A stretch of DNA of 64,000 nucleotides from Alphaproteobacteria bacterium (GTDB lineage: Bacteria; Pseudomonadota; Alphaproteobacteria; Bin95), in the NCBI GenBank assembly GCA_964291285.2, contig OZ219785.1:320001-384000 (forward strand). Reading direction: 5' to 3'. This document shows positions 1 to 10,157 of the stretch, piece after piece; position 1 is the stretch's first letter, and every line of letters begins with the position of its first letter. The notes beneath the pieces are model-generated. The model was not told the origin of the DNA. It ran no database searches and saw only the letters and a list, made by a program, of their open reading frames with translations. The position numbers were made by a program, and so were the translations under genes.

Positions 1-584
1 CCGTTGGTATAGGTCTGGCCCCGGACGTATTCGCCAACGCTATGATTGACGGCCTCGTGCCTATGCGGCATGCCCTTGTAGGCAACGGCCTTGTCCGTAT
101 AAACGGTTGCATAGGGCTCAACATACTCGCCGCAAAAAAGCCAGCCAGCGTTGGCGCCACGGTATTTGGGCACGGGCTGCACCTAGACACGCCACGTTGC
201 CCAATTGCGCGCCCCAACAACAGCAGTTTTGCCAACCATGCCACTTTCTGCGTAACACCAAGGTCGCGATGCAGCTTCATGCTGCTAACGCCCTCGAGGC
301 TGGTGACGTAGAGGTAAACGGTGAAAGCCCATTTGCGCAGCGGCAGGTTGGTCTCCTCCATGGCGGTGCCCGTGCGGACGCTAAAGTAGTTCTTGCAGTC
401 CCGAGACCTGTAGGGGGCGGGTTTACGGTTCCTCACCTCATAAACCACATTTGCCGCAGAAGCGACTGCCGAGCCAATGGACCTCCTCAAACCATGCTTC
501 CGCCGATGCCTCATCGGGAAACATGGCGGCCAACTCCATAAGCGAAATGCCTTTGCGGTGAGCCTTGCCTGGGGCTTTGGTCAT
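1..584 (-). pseudogene. IS1595-family (ISXO2-like) transposase pseudogene
   Basis: Minus strand from ATG 584 reads MTKAPGKAHRKGISLMELAAMFPDEASAEAWFEEVHWLGSRFCGKCG then a stop. Other frames give YFSVRTGTAMEETNLPLRKW..GVSSMKLHRDLGVTQKVAW and VYTDKAVAYKGMPHRHEAVNHSVGEYVRGQTYTNG. These are IS1595 motifs broken by frameshifts and a deletion. Confidence 0.85.
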
Positions 585-651
585 GGCGGTTTCTCCCTTT
601 CAAACAATGCAGGGTGAAACCGGGCCGGAGGCAATCAGGATTATAATTCCC
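1..651 (-). mobile_element. IS1595-family insertion sequence remnant (one end; continues off window)
   Basis: Lower-GC segment holding a degraded IS1595-type transposase. Probable terminus reads GGGAATTATAATCC on the minus strand starting at 651. The other end is outside the window. Confidence 0.65.
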
Positions 652-683
652 AAAGAAAAGGGGCGCCCCGCGAAGGGCGCCCC
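652..683 (-). terminator. Rho-independent terminator of groESL
   Basis: 9-bp GC stem (660-668/675-683) with a 6-nt loop, followed on the minus strand by TTTTCTTT, 30 nt past the groEL stop. Confidence 0.9.
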
Positions 684-713
684 AATCGTTGTAACCGTCG
701 GTGACGGCGTGGA

Positions 714-2408
<1,695 letters not shown>

Positions 2409-2437
2409 CTACGCCGCCATTCGTAAGGCTCGCCGGC

Positions 2438-2737
2438 TCAGGCGGCGGCCTGCTCAATGACGCCCATGATGTCGGACTCCTTCATGATCAACAGCTCCTG
2501 GCCGTCGATCTTGACCTCGGTGCCGGACCACTTGCCGAACAGCACCCGGTCGCCCGCCTTGACGTCGAGCGGGGCGAGCTCGCCCTTGTCGTTCTTGGCG
2601 CCGGGGCCGGCGGAGATGATCTCGCCTTCCATCGGCTTTTCCTGCGCCGTATCGGGAATGATGATGCCGCCGGCGGTCTTCTCTTCCTGCTCGACGCGCC
2701 GGACGAGCACACGGTCATGGAGCGGCCTGAATTTCAT
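2438..2737 (-). CDS. groES: Co-chaperonin GroES
   Basis: [35 protein letters not shown], 99 aa. Start moved to ATG 2737, which follows a GGAGG RBS. Confidence 0.98.
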   Translation of the reverse strand: MKFRPLHDRVLVRRVEQEEKTAGGIIIPDTAQEKPMEGEIISAGPGAKNDKGELAPLDVKAGDRVLFGKWSGTEVKIDGQELLIMKESDIMGVIEQAAA

Positions 2738-2793
2738 GCCTTGCCTCCTGCTGGACTCTGGTGAAACGACCCCCAAACAGGGGTTGGCGGGGC

Positions 2794-2822
2794 AGTTAAG
2801 GTCTCGGCGGCGAAAGTTCAAG
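2794..2822 (-). promoter_or_regulatory. Putative RpoH (sigma32) promoter of groESL
   Basis: Minus strand CTTG-N17-CCTTAACT, resembling the alphaproteobacterial heat-shock promoter consensus. Confidence 0.55.
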
Positions 2823-2828
2823 CAAAAT

Positions 2829-2855
2829 CTGGCACTCATGGTCATCGAGTGCTAG
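2829..2855. promoter_or_regulatory. CIRCE element (HrcA operator)
   Basis: CTGGCACTC-N9-GAGTGCTAG versus consensus TTAGCACTC-N9-GAGTGCTAA, upstream of groES. Confidence 0.92.
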
Positions 2856-2992
2856 CAATTTCGGCGGGCAGTTTGTCCCGAATGGCCTCGAATGCCGACT
2901 ATTCTCAATAATTGCAATATATTACACAGAATCCAGTCTGTGCTGCGGCGCGCTTGCGGGACGGGTTGTCGCAGAGACCGCCCCGGCCCCGC

Positions 2993-5900
2993 TCAGGCCT
3001 GGAGGCAATGTCTGATCCATGCCGCCGTCAGCTTTTCCTGCACGCCGTTCTGCGACAGCCGGCCTTTCAGCGTCGGGAAGTCCACAAGGTCGAGCGGCTG
3101 GTCCTGGTTGAAGCAGGAATAGACGACGCGCTCCTCGCCCGAGTCCGGGTCCCGGTGCAGTTGGAGGCACTGGGCGCAGATCTCCTTCATCATGCATTGC
3201 ATCGGCGAGTTGATCGAGCCGACGGCCTTGTGCCCCGGCTTGAGCAGGTCGCGGAGCACACCCCGCCGCGCGGCATCGACCGCCGCCATCATGCCGTCCG
3301 AGCCGATGGCGAGAATGCGGTCCACCTCGCCGAGCGGGATCGGCGGCGCGCCCATCCGCCCCTCTCCGTAGACCGTCATCGCGTCCACGATATTGCCGAC
3401 ATGGGCGAAGTCCTGCGCGCGCTCCGGCCGGAAGCCCGGCGCCTCGTCGCAACACCAGACCACGACATCGGCCGCCGCCTCGATCTCGGCGGTCTTGTAG
3501 CGGTCGCCCGCTTCCTTGTAGCCCGCGAAGTAGAGCACACGGCTGCCCGCCTCGCGCAGCGCGCGCCCGATGGAGAACAGCACCGCATTGCCGAGCCCGC
3601 CGCCGGCGAGCAGCACCGTTTCATTCCCGGGAATCTCCGTCGGCGAGCCGGTGGGGCCCATCAGCACAACAGGCTCGCCCGTCCGGAGCGAGGCCGCGAG
3701 GTCCGAGGAGCCGCCCATTTCGAGGATGATCGTCGAAAGCAGGCCGCGCTCCCGGTCCACCCAGGCCCCGGTCATCGCCAGGCCTTCCATGGCGAGCACC
3801 GTCCCGCGGCGGCGGAGCGCATGGCTCTCGAAATTCTGGAGGCGGTAGAACTGGCCCGGACGGAAGGCCCTCGCCGCCGCCGGCGCCTCGACCACGACCT
3901 CGACGATTTTGGGCGTCAGCCGCACCACCTCGTGTACGCGCGCGCGGAACTCCCGGTTGGCGCGTTCGGCGAGGTCGGCCCCGGTCGCCGGCGGCTGCTC
4001 CGCCAGCAGCCGGCTCACCAGCGGATAGGCCTGCTTCACGCCGCCCATCGCCTTCACGACATTGCCGGCGAAGGAAGGGTGCAGGTCGCCGAAGAAGCTG
4101 ACCGCGCGCCCGTCTTCCCGGCGCTGCATCATCACCTCGGGCGCGGCCGGCTTCGCCGTCGGCTCGGGGACGACCGGGTTGCCCCCGCTGTCCACGGCCT
4201 GGAAATACCTGTCGTCGAGCGCGATGCCGTCGCTCTCGCGCGCCAGCACCGTGTTGGGCTGGGTGCCGGCCGCCACCAGCACCGAGCGGGCCGGCAGCGA
4301 CACCGTCTCGCCGTCACCGAGGGCCCGGCGCCGGCCGCGCTCGTCGATCTCCACGCGCTCGAGGCGCAGCGCGCTTGCCCGGCCGCGCTCGTCCACTTCC
4401 ACGGCGAGCGGCGACAGGCATTCGGCGAACCGGATGCCCTCCTCCAGCGCCTTCGCCACTTCCTCGTGGTTCAGCGTGTAGCTCGGCGCGTCGATCAGCC
4501 GGCGCCGGTAGGCGATGGTGACGCCGCCCCAGGCGCGCAGCAGCTCGCGGATGCGCGGCGCCTCGCCGGCAGCGGCCGCCCGCGCCCGCTCCGCTCTCAG
4601 CGCACGGGCATGGGCGAGGAACTCTTCGGCGACCTCGGCCTCCTCCTCCGTCCACGCGATCCTGCCGTCCAGCGCCTCGCAGCGGGCGAGGAACTTCTCG
4701 ACCTGCACCGGGTAGTAGGCGAGGGACTCGGTCGCGGTGTCGATGGCGGTGAGCCCGCCGCCCACCACGACGACCGGCAGGCGTATCTGGAGATTGGCGA
4801 TGCTGTCCGTGCGCGCCGCGCCGGTAAGCTGGAGCGCCATCAGGAAGTCCGACGCCATGCGCACGCCGGGCGCGAGCGCGTTGGGCATCGGCACATGGGT
4901 CGGCCGGCCGGCCCCGGCCGCCAGCGCCACATGGTCGAAGCCCCATTCGAACGCCTCGTCGAGCCCGAGCGTGCCGCCGAAGCGCACGCCGCCGACCATG
5001 GTGAAGGCCGCGCGCCGTTCCAGCAGCAGGCGCACCAGCTTGAGGAAGTTCTTGTCCCAGCGCACGGTGATGCCGTATTCGGCAACGCCGCCGAAGCCGG
5101 CCATGACGCGCTCGGACAGGTCCTCGCGGAGTTCCGCCATGTCGCGCACGGGCCGGAAGGGGTGGCGCGCACCCGCCTCGTCCACGCCCGAGAGCGCGGC
5201 CGGAAGCGGCTCGATCTTGAGCCCGTCCACCGCCACCACGCGGTGCCCGTCATTCATGAGGTGGTGGGCGAGGCTGAATCCGGCGGGGCCGAGGCCCACC
5301 ACCAGCACCTGCCGGCCGCTGTCCGGCAGCGGCAGCGGGCGGGCGAAATTGAGCGGGTTCCAGCGCGTCAGCAGGCTGTAGATCTCGAAGCCCCAGGGCA
5401 GGTCGAGCACGTCCTTCAGCACCCGCGTCTCGACCTGCGGGATATCGACCGGGTCCTGCTTCTGGTAGATGCAGGACTTCATGCAGTCATTGCAGATGCG
5501 GTGGCCGGTGGCGGCGCAGAGCGGGTTGTCGATGCACACCGTCGCGAGCGCGCCCAGCGCCCAGCCCTCGGTCTTGAGGAGCTGCATCTCGGAGATCTTT
5601 TCTTCCAGCGGGCAGCCCGCGAGTTCGACGTCGAACACCGTCCTGCCGAACGCGCCCGTGCGGCGGTCGCGCAGCCCGCGCGCGCAGCTGTCCTTGCCGT
5701 GGTTGTGGCAGAAGATGCAGTAATGCGCCTGGTCGAGCGCCGCCTTGAGGTCCATGCCGTCATCGGTGAGCGCGAAGCCCTCGCGCCGGCGCAGCCGCGC
5801 CTGCGCGAGTTCGTGGGCCTCCGCGCCGTTCTCCATGCGCTGCTCGGTGTCGATCAGGCGCATGGGGTCGATGCGCCCCGGCTGCCTGAACAGCACGCCG

Positions 5901-6436
5901 TTGCCGTGGCGCGCGCGTCCCTGCGGGTGGTGGAGCGCCCAGGCCGCGTAGCGCGCCGCCGCCTCCAGCGCCTCGCCCGCATTCGCCTCGTCCCCGAGCC
6001 AGCCCAGCACCGCCTCGGAGAAGGCCTCCTCCTCGACCGGAACCGGCATATGCGCCCCGAGCGCCGCCTCGACCGCCGCCCCGTCGAGCGCCGCCGCCTC
6101 CGCCGGCTTCACCGCCCGCGCGGCGCGGCGCTGCACGAACAGCCGCTTGCAGCGATAGACGGGCGCGAGCGCGGTATGGCGCCCGGAGAGCGCCTCCGCC
6201 TCCGCCTCAATGCCGAACAGGCGGGCGAGGCAGGCTTCCAGCTTCGGCGCCAACGCCAGCACCAGCGCCGCTTCCGCCTTCGGCTCCAGCGCGCCGGGCG
6301 CCGTGCGGGCGGCCTCCAGCTCCGCGCGCAGCGGCTCATCGAGGCTCTCCAGGAACTGCGCGTCGAGCCGGACCAGCCCGTCGCGGCAATAGAGGTCCTC
6401 GAAGCGGAAACCGTCGGCAAGGGTGAGTTCGGTCAT
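2993..6436 (-). CDS. Large Fe-S flavoprotein: GltD/NfnB-like pyridine nucleotide-disulfide oxidoreductase fused to a PyrK/NfnA-like FAD/2Fe-2S reductase
   Basis: 1147 aa. Fe-S motifs CIFCH..C..GCP and CNDCMKSC; Rossmann motifs VVGLGPAG and VVGGGLTAID; C-terminal PGQF, GPTG, GGGLG and SPMQCMMKEICAQC..C. Confidence 0.85.
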   Translation of the reverse strand: MTELTLADGFRFEDLYCRDGLVRLDAQFLESLDEPLRAELEAARTAPGALEPKAEAALVLALAPKLEACLARLFGIEAEAEALSGRHTALAPVYRCKRLFVQRRAARAVKPAEAAALDGAAVEAALGAHMPVPVEEEAFSEAVLGWLGDEANAGEALEAAARYAAWALHHPQGRARHGNGVLFRQPGRIDPMRLIDTEQRMENGAEAHELAQARLRRREGFALTDDGMDLKAALDQAHYCIFCHNHGKDSCARGLRDRRTGAFGRTVFDVELAGCPLEEKISEMQLLKTEGWALGALATVCIDNPLCAATGHRICNDCMKSCIYQKQDPVDIPQVETRVLKDVLDLPWGFEIYSLLTRWNPLNFARPLPLPDSGRQVLVVGLGPAGFSLAHHLMNDGHRVVAVDGLKIEPLPAALSGVDEAGARHPFRPVRDMAELREDLSERVMAGFGGVAEYGITVRWDKNFLKLVRLLLERRAAFTMVGGVRFGGTLGLDEAFEWGFDHVALAAGAGRPTHVPMPNALAPGVRMASDFLMALQLTGAARTDSIANLQIRLPVVVVGGGLTAIDTATESLAYYPVQVEKFLARCEALDGRIAWTEEEAEVAEEFLAHARALRAERARAAAAGEAPRIRELLRAWGGVTIAYRRRLIDAPSYTLNHEEVAKALEEGIRFAECLSPLAVEVDERGRASALRLERVEIDERGRRRALGDGETVSLPARSVLVAAGTQPNTVLARESDGIALDDRYFQAVDSGGNPVVPEPTAKPAAPEVMMQRREDGRAVSFFGDLHPSFAGNVVKAMGGVKQAYPLVSRLLAEQPPATGADLAERANREFRARVHEVVRLTPKIVEVVVEAPAAARAFRPGQFYRLQNFESHALRRRGTVLAMEGLAMTGAWVDRERGLLSTIILEMGGSSDLAASLRTGEPVVLMGPTGSPTEIPGNETVLLAGGGLGNAVLFSIGRALREAGSRVLYFAGYKEAGDRYKTAEIEAAADVVVWCCDEAPGFRPERAQDFAHVGNIVDAMTVYGEGRMGAPPIPLGEVDRILAIGSDGMMAAVDAARRGVLRDLLKPGHKAVGSINSPMQCMMKEICAQCLQLHRDPDSGEERVVYSCFNQDQPLDLVDFPTLKGRLSQNGVQEKLTAAWIRHCLQA

Positions 6437-6514
6437 GGAATGTACGGTTCACCTGGCGCGGCGGGGCCTGCCCGGTATTGCCGGGCCGGGCGAGGCTCTC
6501 TAATTAGGCGTTCC

Positions 6515-7561
6515 ATGTCCGAGCGACAAGCGACCCCGTGCCGCGCCGTGACCGTCTGGCTCATCTTCATGGCGTGCGCCGTGGCCGCCATGGTCTCGAT
6601 CGGCGGCATCACGAGGCTCACCGGGTCGGGCCTGTCGATGGTGGAATGGCGCCCGCTGATCGGCTGGCTGCCGCCGCTTTCCGAGGCCGAGTGGAAACGG
6701 ATTTTCGCGCTTTACCGGGAGACGCCGGAGTTCCGGCAGGTCAATTTCACCATCGACCTCGACGGCTTCCGGGCGATTTTCTGGTGGGAGTATGTCCACC
6801 GCCTCTGGGGCCGGCTGCTGGGCGTGTTCTTCATCCTGCCGCTCGCCTGGTTCTGGTTCCGGGGCCGGATCGACCGGCCGCTCCGTTTCCGCCTGGCTCT
6901 GCTGCTGGCGCTCGGCGCGCTGCAGGGGCTGATCGGCTGGTGGATGGTGCGCAGCGGCCTCGCCGACCGGCCCGATGTGAGCGCGGCGAGGCTCGCCGTC
7001 CATCTCGGCATGGCGCTCCTCATCTTCGCGTTCCTCGTCTGGACCGTGCTCGACCGCATCCGGCCCCGGGCAGGCAGGAGGGCGCTCTCCGCCTGGCTGC
7101 TGCTCGGCCTCATCGCCGCCGCCATCGCAAGCGGCGCGCTGGTCGCCGGCAACAATGGCGGCCTCATCTACAACAGCTTCCCGCTCATGGGCGGCGATCT
7201 GGTACCGCCGGACTACCGCAGCGGCCGGAGCTGGATCGCCGATGCGCTGGAAAACCCGGTCGCGGCCCAACTCCATCACCGGCTGCTGGCGATGGCCGCA
7301 CTTCTGGCGGTCGTCGCGGCCTGGCTCCGGGCCGGCGGCCGGCGGGCCGGGACGGCGGAGCACCTCCTGCTTGCGGCAGTCCTGCTTCAGGCCGGCCTCG
7401 GCCTGGCAACGCTGCTCGCCGTCGTGCCGCTCGGCCTCGCTGCGCTGCACCAGTTCGGCGCCGTGCTGCTATTGGCCGCCGCCCTGTTGCGTACCCAAGG
7501 CGCCATTGCCTCCGCAAGTATAGAATTCGGGAATACAGATAATCATTCAACAATACAGTAA
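6515..7561 (+). CDS. ctaA: Heme A synthase (COX15/CtaA type 2)
   Basis: GGITRLTGSGLSMVEW, FWWEYVHRLWGR, QGLIGWWMVRSGL, LAVHL, LHHR, ALHQ. The real gene is only the 3' part of ORF 2912..7561. Confidence 0.93.
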   Translation: MSERQATPCRAVTVWLIFMACAVAAMVSIGGITRLTGSGLSMVEWRPLIGWLPPLSEAEWKRIFALYRETPEFRQVNFTIDLDGFRAIFWWEYVHRLWGRLLGVFFILPLAWFWFRGRIDRPLRFRLALLLALGALQGLIGWWMVRSGLADRPDVSAARLAVHLGMALLIFAFLVWTVLDRIRPRAGRRALSAWLLLGLIAAAIASGALVAGNNGGLIYNSFPLMGGDLVPPDYRSGRSWIADALENPVAAQLHHRLLAMAALLAVVAAWLRAGGRRAGTAEHLLLAAVLLQAGLGLATLLAVVPLGLAALHQFGAVLLLAAALLRTQGAIASASIEFGNTDNHSTIQ

Positions 7562-7695
7562 AGAAACACCGATACTCATAAACAGTGCATAAATAGGACA
7601 ATATAAATACAAGTATAGACATTATTGAAAATTCATCGGCTCCATGCAAATTTATAGGCTCTCAACGCTTATCTTGACTTGAGGAGTTCTTTCGC

Positions 7696-8715
7696 ATGGC
7701 GGAACGATTGGCCGAAACAGCCGAAGACGTCTCGCGGCTGGCTTTCGGTTTCATGGCTTCCAAGGCGCTGTTCGCCGGCTTGCATGTCGATGTCTTCAGC
7801 CAGCTCGCGGACGGGCCGAAAACGGCGGGCGCGATCGCGGCGGCGACGGGCGTTCCCGTCAACCGGATCACGACCCTGATGACGGCGTTGACGGCAGTCG
7901 GCCTCGTGGACCGGGAGGAGGAGAGCTATTTCAATGCGCCTGCCGCCTCGTCTTTCCTGGTGCGCGGCGCGCGCCACGATTTCGGCGACTATCTGCGCTA
8001 CCAGATCGACCGGCAGATGTATCCGTTCCTGACCCAGTTGAACGAGGTCATGGACGGCTCGCTCGACCCCGAGGCCGTGGACAGCTACCAGCACTGGATG
8101 TCGGACCCGGAGCAGGCCGTGCTCTACAGCGAGGCGCAGCATGCCGGCTCCCTCGGGCCCGGCCGCACGCTTGCGCGGCTGGTCGATCTCTCGGGCTGCC
8201 ACAACCTGCTCGACGTCGGCGGCGGCACCGGCGCCATGACCATCCGGCTGCTGGAGACCTTTCCCGACCTCGTCTCGACGATCATCGACTTCCCCAATGT
8301 CGCCGAGATCGGCTGGCGGTTCATCACCGAGGCCGGGATGGTGGACCGGGTGCGCTACATACCCGCCGATGCGCTGGCCGCCGACTGGCCGACCGAGCAG
8401 GACGCGATCCTGATGTCATACCTGTTCAGCGGCGTCCCGGGCTCCGAACTGCCGCGGCTGGTGCAACAGGCCTACGATTGCCTGTCGCCCGGCGGCCATT
8501 TCATCGTCCACGACTTCATGGTGGAGGACGACCGCACCGGCCCGCCCATGGCGGCGCTCTGGCAGTTGCAGCACATGGCCTTCACCCCGGAGGCGCGCTC
8601 GGTCACCCCCGGCTGGCTGAAGGGCCGGATGCTGGAAGTCGGCTTCGCCGTGCCTCGCGACGAGGAAATGGTGCCGGGCATGACCCGGCTGATCCACGCC
8701 CGCCGGCTGGCATAG
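7696..8715 (+). CDS. dsyB: SAM-dependent methyltransferase, probable MTHB S-methyltransferase DsyB (DMSP synthesis)
   Basis: 339 aa. AFGFMASKALFA, DFGDYLR, DPEQAVLYSEAQHAGSLGP, LLDVGGGTG, QDAILMSYLFSGV, AALWQLQHMAFTPEARS and PGMT all match motifs I recall from alphaproteobacterial DsyB. Confidence 0.85.
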   Translation: MAERLAETAEDVSRLAFGFMASKALFAGLHVDVFSQLADGPKTAGAIAAATGVPVNRITTLMTALTAVGLVDREEESYFNAPAASSFLVRGARHDFGDYLRYQIDRQMYPFLTQLNEVMDGSLDPEAVDSYQHWMSDPEQAVLYSEAQHAGSLGPGRTLARLVDLSGCHNLLDVGGGTGAMTIRLLETFPDLVSTIIDFPNVAEIGWRFITEAGMVDRVRYIPADALAADWPTEQDAILMSYLFSGVPGSELPRLVQQAYDCLSPGGHFIVHDFMVEDDRTGPPMAALWQLQHMAFTPEARSVTPGWLKGRMLEVGFAVPRDEEMVPGMTRLIHARRLA

Positions 8716-8775
8716 ACGGCGCCTGGGGGCTCATCTGCCGCGGGCAGAGCCGGCGCAGCGCCTGCCCCGCGGCGC

Positions 8776-9321
8776 TCAGTCGAGCGGGAAGGCGTCCAGC
8801 CAGGGCTGGTAGTCGGGCTCGACATCCACCTCCAACGTCTCCAGCAGCCTCACCACGCCGCAATAGAACGCCACCACGAGCACGAGATCGACGGTGCGCG
8901 CCGTGCCGAGCTCCCGCTCGAGGAAAGCGAAGGTCTCCCCGGACATGGCGGGGCCGCGGGTCATCTCGCGCGCGCCTTTCAGCACCGCCGTCTCGACCGG
9001 CCCGAGACCGCCCGGCTCGCCCCGCGTCTCCGCCTGGACGGCGCGGATATCGCCGTCGCTGAGGCCGAAATCCTTCCCGATCTTGATGTGGTGGCTGTAT
9101 TCATACTCGGACTTCGCCAGGCAGCCGACCTGCAGGATGGCGAGCTCCCGCAGGCGCGGGTCGAGCTTGCATTGCCAGCGGATCCAGCTTCCGAGTCCGC
9201 CGAACGCCCTTGCCCCTTCCGGGCTGTGCGCGAGCGCTTTGTTCAGGTTGATGGGCCGGGCAAGCACATCGCGGTCTTCCGGCGCGAGGTCGGCTTCTTC
9301 CAGCAGGGGAATGCGGGCCAT
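8776..9321 (-). CDS. Carboxymuconolactone decarboxylase/AhpD-like family protein
   Basis: MARIPLLEE..LAHSPE..LDPRLRELAILQVG..YEYSHH. Its ATG overlaps the SDR stop (TGATG). Confidence 0.85.
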   Translation of the reverse strand: MARIPLLEEADLAPEDRDVLARPINLNKALAHSPEGARAFGGLGSWIRWQCKLDPRLRELAILQVGCLAKSEYEYSHHIKIGKDFGLSDGDIRAVQAETRGEPGGLGPVETAVLKGAREMTRGPAMSGETFAFLERELGTARTVDLVLVVAFYCGVVRLLETLEVDVEPDYQPWLDAFPLD

Positions 9322-10118
9322 CAGACGGTATCCCTTTCCGGACCGCGGACGGAAGCGCCGCCATCCACCACGAGCGTGTGCCCGGTGATCCACCGGGAGC
9401 GGTCCGAGAGCAGGAAGCGCACCGCCTCGCCGATGTCCCAGCCGGTGCCCTCGGTCCTGAGCAGCGAGGCGTCGGCGCGCGCCCGGCGGGCTGTATCGCT
9501 CATGCCCGGCCCGCGCTGATACACCATCGGCGTATAGACCGGCCCCGGTGCTATGCAATTGACCCGCACCCCCTCGCCGCCGTGATCCACCGCCATGGCG
9601 CGGGTGAGCGCAATCACCGCGCCCTTCGAGGCCGAGTAGGCGGTGAGGCCGCGCGGACGCAGCGCCGAGATCGAGGACACATTGACCACCGCGCCGCCGC
9701 CTGCCGTCGAGACCATCGCCGGAATAGCGTGTTTGGCGGCGAGGAACATGCCCTTCACATTCACCTCCATCACCCGCTCCCACGCCTCCTCGGTCTCCTC
9801 GACCACGGAGCCGCGCGAGGAGATGCCGACATTATTGTCGAGTCCGTCGAGCCGCCCGAAGCGTTCCAGCACCGCCGCAACCATGGCGGCGCAGTCCTCA
9901 TCGCGGGTGATGTCGGCGGCGCAGGCCGCCGCCTCGCCGCCGCGTTCGGCAATCATCTCGACCGTGCGTTCGGCCAGCGCGAGGTCGCGGTCCACGCACA
10001 TGATGCGCGCGCCCGCCTCCGCCATCAGGATCGCCGCCGCGCGGCCGTTGCCGATGCCGTCCGGATCGACGGCGCCCGCCCCCGCCACGAGGACGACCTT
10101 TCCCTCCATCTCCGCCAT
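9321..10118 (-). CDS. Short-chain dehydrogenase/reductase (SDR)
   Basis: GAG..GIGNG, NNVG, YSASKGA (YxxxK), VRVNCIAPG, ITGHTLVVDGG. Confidence 0.93.
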   Translation of the reverse strand: MAEMEGKVVLVAGAGAVDPDGIGNGRAAAILMAEAGARIMCVDRDLALAERTVEMIAERGGEAAACAADITRDEDCAAMVAAVLERFGRLDGLDNNVGISSRGSVVEETEEAWERVMEVNVKGMFLAAKHAIPAMVSTAGGGAVVNVSSISALRPRGLTAYSASKGAVIALTRAMAVDHGGEGVRVNCIAPGPVYTPMVYQRGPGMSDTARRARADASLLRTEGTGWDIGEAVRFLLSDRSRWITGHTLVVDGGASVRGPERDTV

Positions 10119-10157
10119 GACAGCCCCTCTCCTGATTCGCCCTGTCGTTCGCCGCCC

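Noticed and set aside
2912-6514. N-terminal 1200 aa of the 1549-aa plus-strand ORF
   Set aside because: Antisense shadow of the 1147-aa oxidoreductase in high-GC DNA; only the part from ATG 6515 (CtaA) has recognisable motifs.
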